From Chloroflexota bacterium (GTDB lineage Bacteria > Chloroflexota > Dehalococcoidia > Dehalococcoidales > UBA2162): a stretch of 64,000 nt of DNA. The stretch is from NCBI GenBank assembly GCA_016190825.1, contig JACPPV010000023.1, positions 139,476 to 203,475 of the forward strand, in the 5' to 3' direction. Shown in pieces: positions 47,895 to 53,800 of this stretch (positions are counted from its first letter, which is position 1; each line of letters starts with the position of its first letter). Both the position numbers and the translations under genes were made by a program. Below the pieces are notes generated by a model that did no database searches, had not been told where the DNA came from, and was given only the letters and a program-made list of their open reading frames with translations.

Positions 47895-49423
47895 TATTTT
47901 ATTCGCTCCTTCAGAGACTTATACGTCAGGCCATACTTTTCGGCTATTGCCGCCGCATAGGAGAGCCCGTATGGGGGCCTCCTTACGATCTTGTACGTAC
48001 GCAGTGACGGATTTTGGGGGGCCACCATGCTAACCATGCTCACCGCCTTGTCGCTGTATGATGCTAGCTCCTCGACAAACGTTACCCACACACAAAGCAA
48101 GTCTAACTGGCTTAGACTTTCCATCACCTTTTTACTTAGGAAGACAGCATCTTTTAGCGTCGTGGAAGTCAAAATCTCGTTAGCGATGACGATGCTGCGC
48201 GACGTAGCCTCGTCGAGAATGCCATGGATCCTCGTGAGATCATCTTCCAGTTTACTTCTCAGGTCCTCAACGGTTTCTTCTTTTTCGAAATGGGTAAATA
48301 GCCTGTCGAACAAGAAGAGTTTTGCTTCCTTTCCCGGCACAGGGCAGCCTAGGTTGGCAAGATAGTGCGACTGTCCAAAGATGCGCGCAAAAGTCGTCTT
48401 TCCTCCCTGGTTCGGCCCAGAGACCACGAATATGCGCTCCTTGCCCTTCATGAAAAAGTCATTGCATACAGTAGGCCTGCCTTCGGGAATAAGCTTGTTG
48501 GCCAAAGCTAGATCAAACCCTTCCAGCTGGGAGATTTCTTTGTTTGTCTCTGAGACTTCAGGATAGCAGAGTTTGAGCCCTGCCGCCTTGATGGAATTAA
48601 TAAATTCCAGATAGGCGACATAAAACTGTATTTCGCGGTCAAAATCAGCGATTTTCTTATCAAGAAAGTCTACGTTCTTTTCACAAAAATCATACAGCTC
48701 TTCAAATACTTCAGGATATAATTGAGCCACCGCCTCAAGAATCACTGCCTCCATGTCGTTCATGTCTGCCGGCTCAGAAAACGTGATCCGGTAATCCCTA
48801 GCTCCTCCCTGTTTGAACCTCTCGAATGTCTTCTCCACTTCTGCGCTGTAGTCCCCCTTAGACTCGCGCTTTCGGACGGTGAAGTTCTTTCCTTTGATAT
48901 GTACGCAGTAGTCCACTCCAGCTAGATTGGCCCCCACTCGCTGTGTTTCTGCTGCAAAAGACGTGAAAGGCTCTGATTTTACGTAGTCTCGTAAGTATTC
49001 GCGGAACGCCAGGAACCCCCGCGATTTCAGATCTGCTGCCGAAAGGTCACGATAGAGAGAGCTGACTGCGTGGCAGTAGGCATCCACTGCGTCCAGGAAC
49101 CACCTTTGCTTCTGGAGCTGGTAGGAAAGCCTTTCACTCCGCGCGAGGCAATCACGCATAGTGTGCATCCGTTGCGCAAAGGCCGCTATGATCCTGGCAG
49201 GCTCTTGTCTTTCAAGTTCCTGCATTACTTCGTGACGGTATTCGATGGCGCCGATACGTTTCAGAGCAGACCAGAAGAAGGGCCTCAGATTGTATTCTTC
49301 CTTGCCCAAGGTAACCGCTTCCGCAATCTGGTCAAGATTCAGATCAGCAAAAAAGCCCGGCAGCTCCGGTTTTTTCATTGGCCTGTCTTCAGGCCTCTCG
49401 AACAAAATGCTTTCAAAGCTCAT
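47894..49423 (-). CDS. MutS-domain-V-only ATPase, paralog A
   Basis: 509 aa. Walker A GPNQGGKTT, Walker B IVIANEILTSTT, WVTFVEEL (no His). The ~330-aa N-terminal helical region has no mismatch-binding motif. Confidence 0.8.
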   Translation of the reverse strand: MSFESILFERPEDRPMKKPELPGFFADLNLDQIAEAVTLGKEEYNLRPFFWSALKRIGAIEYRHEVMQELERQEPARIIAAFAQRMHTMRDCLARSERLSYQLQKQRWFLDAVDAYCHAVSSLYRDLSAADLKSRGFLAFREYLRDYVKSEPFTSFAAETQRVGANLAGVDYCVHIKGKNFTVRKRESKGDYSAEVEKTFERFKQGGARDYRITFSEPADMNDMEAVILEAVAQLYPEVFEELYDFCEKNVDFLDKKIADFDREIQFYVAYLEFINSIKAAGLKLCYPEVSETNKEISQLEGFDLALANKLIPEGRPTVCNDFFMKGKERIFVVSGPNQGGKTTFARIFGQSHYLANLGCPVPGKEAKLFLFDRLFTHFEKEETVEDLRSKLEDDLTRIHGILDEATSRSIVIANEILTSTTLKDAVFLSKKVMESLSQLDLLCVWVTFVEELASYSDKAVSMVSMVAPQNPSLRTYKIVRRPPYGLSYAAAIAEKYGLTYKSLKERIK

Positions 49424-49809
49424 GGAGTGATCCTTATATGCAAGTTACCGTGAAGCAGATGGCCATTGATTCCGTTCGTGCCTTTGGAGAACAGAAAGGC
49501 CTTGTCGGCCTGTGAAAGTTTCAGTCTCTCCATTTGGTATTGCCGGCCATGCTATTGAGCGTCAGCGCCCGACTGAATTATACCAAGAACTTTTTATGCA
49601 GACAAATTTCAGGTTACTGGACAAACCCTATAATCGGCGAATTGCTAGCAGCTTCTCCGAGCAATGGATGGATTACTGGAAATTAGGACTTTCAAGAGTC
49701 GCTCTCTTTTTGCCCCTTTCCGGCTCCTACATAGTAGAGGGGTATAAAGATGGCAGGGGCGAGCTTGGTTCTGCAATATCCGGACTGGCAGGCGGGGAGG
49801 ATACGGCTG

Positions 49810-49997
49810 CTAGCCACTACGAAAAGCCCAAAGGCACTTCGAGCCTTCCGCGATGCTGTAACCATGGTCGATAACCAGCCCTACCGCCTCACCCTTGAAT
49901 TCTGCAGTGTATGTTTTCTTCTCCTGCTCGGTCAACTGCACACCTCCTGGCGCTCATTTTACTCGACTCTTCTTGAGGTGTCCGTTCTATTAGACCA
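49810..49997 (-). mobile_element. IS3-family remnant: left end plus truncated orfA (HTH)
   Basis: (V)QLTEQEKKTYTAEFKGEAVGLVIDHGYSIAE matches the IS3 OrfA HTH, then degenerates to a stop at 49810-49812. Candidate terminal repeat TGGTCTAATAGAACGGACACCTC ends at 49997. No DDE orfB is present. Confidence 0.45.
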
Positions 49998-50385
49998 CAT
50001 CAGGAGGACACCCGGCTGGAGAACAGTCGCTGCTTGTTCTTACCCTTGCGTAAACCGCGTTTACCCATCCCCCAGTATGGTTTGCCAGCTTTGATAGCCG
50101 TTTTTCCCCTTTGTAGCAGTTGTTGGAGAGGACAGGCAGATGGCTGGTGGCCGGCCGCCGACCTGGTTAATTAGCCAGCTTGTGCGGGTTGAGTTTGACA
50201 AACCTAACCAGAAAAATGTAGCTTTATATAAAGCATGTCTTTCTCAAATTAAGCAGCGGTGGACAGGGCAAGGGATGTGGGAAAAATGCATCAGAATCGC
50301 CGGAGTCCGGGTCTTTAAACGGTGATGGCTGGCGCCTTCTGTTTAGGCAGACTTAACCGGACAGGTTAGTGAAGATGGGGATGCG

Positions 50386-50871
50386 ATGATGCAGCTACGA
50401 AGGATGTCACCCATTATGGGAATGGTAACATTGTTCTTTGTCACTGGTCTGGTGGTTCCTGTCTTTATGGCCTGCGCTTCTCCGCAGGAGCCGGCATCCC
50501 CTCCGCCGCTCCCTCCTTTAGGTGGAGACAAGGGAAATCCGAAGCTGAGCTCTCAGCTTAACCAGCTTGTCCAGGCAGAGAGCCGAGGAGAGGCTGTGTC
50601 GTTTGCGCAGCAGCAGAACATCGTGCTTGTTGACAGGAAAGTAAGGGTAGTTATAGAAACCCTACCTGGTCAGCTCGAGATGGCAAGGCAAGCTGTTGCC
50701 AGTGTTGGGACAGTGGAGGCAAGCGATGAAGGTCTGCTTCAGGCGATTGTGCCGGTTAGCAGCCTCAATTCCCTGGCTGAAGAGCCCGGCATCAAGTTTA
50801 TCCGGCTTCCCATGCTGCCGGTGCCCGGTGCCAAGGATGATAATGCTCAGCAGTTGAAGACGGGGGAGTGA
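50386..50871 (+). CDS. Lipoprotein paralogous to the subtilase N-terminal propeptide (I9-like)
   Basis: 161 aa. Signal peptide with lipobox VFMAC. Residues ~50-145 align with the N-terminal region of the next protein (NPKL.S.LN...VRV.IET......RQA....GTVEASD..LLQ......L..LA..PG..F.R.P). ATGA overlap with it. Confidence 0.65.
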   Translation: MMQLRRMSPIMGMVTLFFVTGLVVPVFMACASPQEPASPPPLPPLGGDKGNPKLSSQLNQLVQAESRGEAVSFAQQQNIVLVDRKVRVVIETLPGQLEMARQAVASVGTVEASDEGLLQAIVPVSSLNSLAEEPGIKFIRLPMLPVPGAKDDNAQQLKTGE

Positions 50872-53800
50872 TGAAACTACTCAAATTAGTCCAGCTATTG
50901 GTCGTCGCTGCCCTGTTATTGAGCGCATCCCTTTCTTACTCGGAGCCATTACCTGTTTCCGCCGCCGATCCTGAACCGCAGCCAGTACAACTTCCAAAGA
51001 ACGCCAACCCGAAACTTGATTCGCGGCTGAATCGTGTGCTCAAGGAGCAAAACGACAAAACGACGTCCCGTCCAGCCCAGCAGAATCCCGATGAAGTTGG
51101 GACTGAAACTGTGCGCGTGATCATCGAGACCTCAGCCAACCAGATGGGGCAGGTCCGGCAGGCGGCATCAGGACTCGGCACTGTTGAAGCCAGCGACGGC
51201 AACCTGCTACAGGTGAACGTGTTGGCGGGACAACTGGCGGCGCTGGCAGACCTGCCGGGCGTGCGCTTTGTCAGGACGCCTTATAGTTTTGTGGAGGATG
51301 TGGTCAGCGAGGGCGTGGCCGTCATTGGCGCTGATGTATGGCAGAACGCCAGCTACAATGGCAGCGGTGTCAAGGTAGGCATTGTTGACGGCGGATTTGC
51401 CGGTTACACGACGCGGCAGGCTGAGGGCGAGCTGCCGGCCAGCATCACTACCTGGTGGGCACCAAGCATCGGGAATGAGGGAACAGAAAAGCACGGCACG
51501 GGAGTAGCTGAGATTGTTTATGATGTTGCTCCCGGCGCCCAGTTCTACCTGGCGAACGTGGATACAGAAGTCGACCTTGGCAATGCGGTCGACTGGATGA
51601 TTGCCCAGGGCGTCAATGTCATTTCGATGTCCCTGGGCTGGTATCCCGGGGGTCCGGGCGACGGCACAGGTCCGATAGCTGTGATAGTAAACAGGGCACG
51701 CGCCGCTGGCATCCTCTGGGTGAACAGCGCCGGAAACTCGGCACGAGAACATTGGCAGGGGAATTTTGTTGACACCGACGGCGACACGTGGCATGAATTC
51801 AGCCAGCCCTCCCCATTTGATGAAAACCAGTCCATCTTTGTTCAGACTGGAGCCTCCATAATCGTTTTCTTGAAATGGGACGACCCCTGGGGAAGCTCGT
51901 CCAATAACTACGACCTCTATTTGACTGATAATCAGAGTATCATCCGCGCTGCCTCTGAAGATGTTCAGAATGGTAACGATGACCCCGTGGAAGCTCTCCA
52001 GTTTACCGGTGCGTATACCGGCTTCTACAGAATATGGATCAAGAAGGTCGGCAGCCCGGCAGTAAGAAACTTCCACCTGTACAGCCTTGTCCAAACCCTG
52101 GAATACCAGGTGGCATCAGGCAGTCTGACTGTGCCCGCCGATTCGCCAAATGTGATGACGGCTGGTGCGGTTTACTGGAACAACGCGGGAACGATCGAAT
52201 CTTTCAGCTCGCAGGGACCCACCACTGATGGCAGGACCAAACCCGATATTGTCGCGCCGGATGGCGTCAGTACGCGCGCTTACAGCCCTGGAACGTTCTC
52301 CGGCACTTCCGCTTCTGCACCTCACGTGGCCGGCGCGGCGGCGCTGGTGAAGCAAGCGTATCCATCATATGACGTCGTCCAGATACAGGCCTTCCTCGAA
52401 GGCAGGGCAGTCGACCTCGGTGATGCCGGGAAGGATAATGTATTCGGCAGCGGCAGGCTGAGCCTCGGCTATATGACTCCGCTAGTGACCACCGATGACG
52501 CCACCACTGTCAGTCATAACTCAGCCAGCCTCAGCGGAAACCTGACTTCTCTGGGCACGGCAAGCTCAGCCAACGTCACTTTTCAGTGGGGGGGAGAGTC
52601 AGAAAACTATACTGCCAGCACTATCATTCAGACAATGAATACCACCGGCAGCTTTAGCTCCGATTTAACCAGCCTGTCGGCGAATACCACCTACTATTTC
52701 CGGGCGAAGGCGAGCGGGCAGGGCGATGCGTATGGAGTCGAGAAGAGCTTCACTACGTTAGCGATACCCGTTCCCACCGGGCTGGTCAAAATCTCCCTAG
52801 ACAATAACCCTTTTACCGCCTTCAAATGGAACGCGGTTGATAACGCTACTGCTTATCAAGTCATGGTGGACTCCGGCAACTGGACGGATATCGGCAACCG
52901 GCTGACCTACGTCCAGCCCACCATCTTGGGCAAAGGCAGCCACACCTTCCAGGTGCGGACGAAAGACCTGTGGGGCAGTGCCAGTTCGGCAGCCAGCTTG
53001 AGCTTCAATGTGACCGTGACGGCGGACCTGGCGAATACAAAGATCGCTTTCGTTTCAAACCGTGATGGGAACATGGAAATATACGTGATGAACACCAATG
53101 TGACTGGAGTGAACCGGCTCACGACGGACACCTCGCACGATTCTTATCCATCATGGTCGCCTGACGTGAGCAAGATTCTTTTTACACCCAGTCGTGACGG
53201 ACAACAAGAGATTTACATGATGAACAAAGATGGATCCAACCAGGTACGCCTGACCAATTCTCTTGGCTCTGACTTCGAATCGCGATGGTTTCCAGACGGC
53301 CAGAAGATTGTCTTTACATCTAGCCGAGATAACAGTTACGAGATTTATGTGATGAATGCTGATGGAAGCGGTCAAACGAATCTGACAAACTACCCAAATC
53401 CGAATCTCGCTTATAATCAGGGAATAGACTGGCAACCAGCGGTATCCCCGGATGGCACCAGAATTGCTTTTGTTTCAACCAGGGGAAGCGTCCCTGGAAC
53501 ATCCCAAAATCTAGATATTTACCTCATGAACGCAGACGGGTCTGATGTTGAAAGGTTAACTAGCCATGAGAGCAGTGACGAGAACCCATCATTTTCGCCC
53601 GACGGCAAGACGGTCGCCTTTAACTCGCATCGGAACACGTATTCAGAGATTTACCTGATGGATGTAGATGGCACTAATCAGCGAAGGCTAACCTACAGTG
53701 CGAGCAGCCAGACCGGCCACAATTTGAGACCGATCTGGTCTCCTGATGGCTCCAAAATACTGTTCGAAAGAGCAACTAATGGCGTCCCGCGAATCTATTC

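Noticed and set aside
50140-50325. 61-aa ORF upstream of the lipoprotein gene
   Set aside because: It has no RBS and no motif, and it lies in the decayed IS-flanking region.
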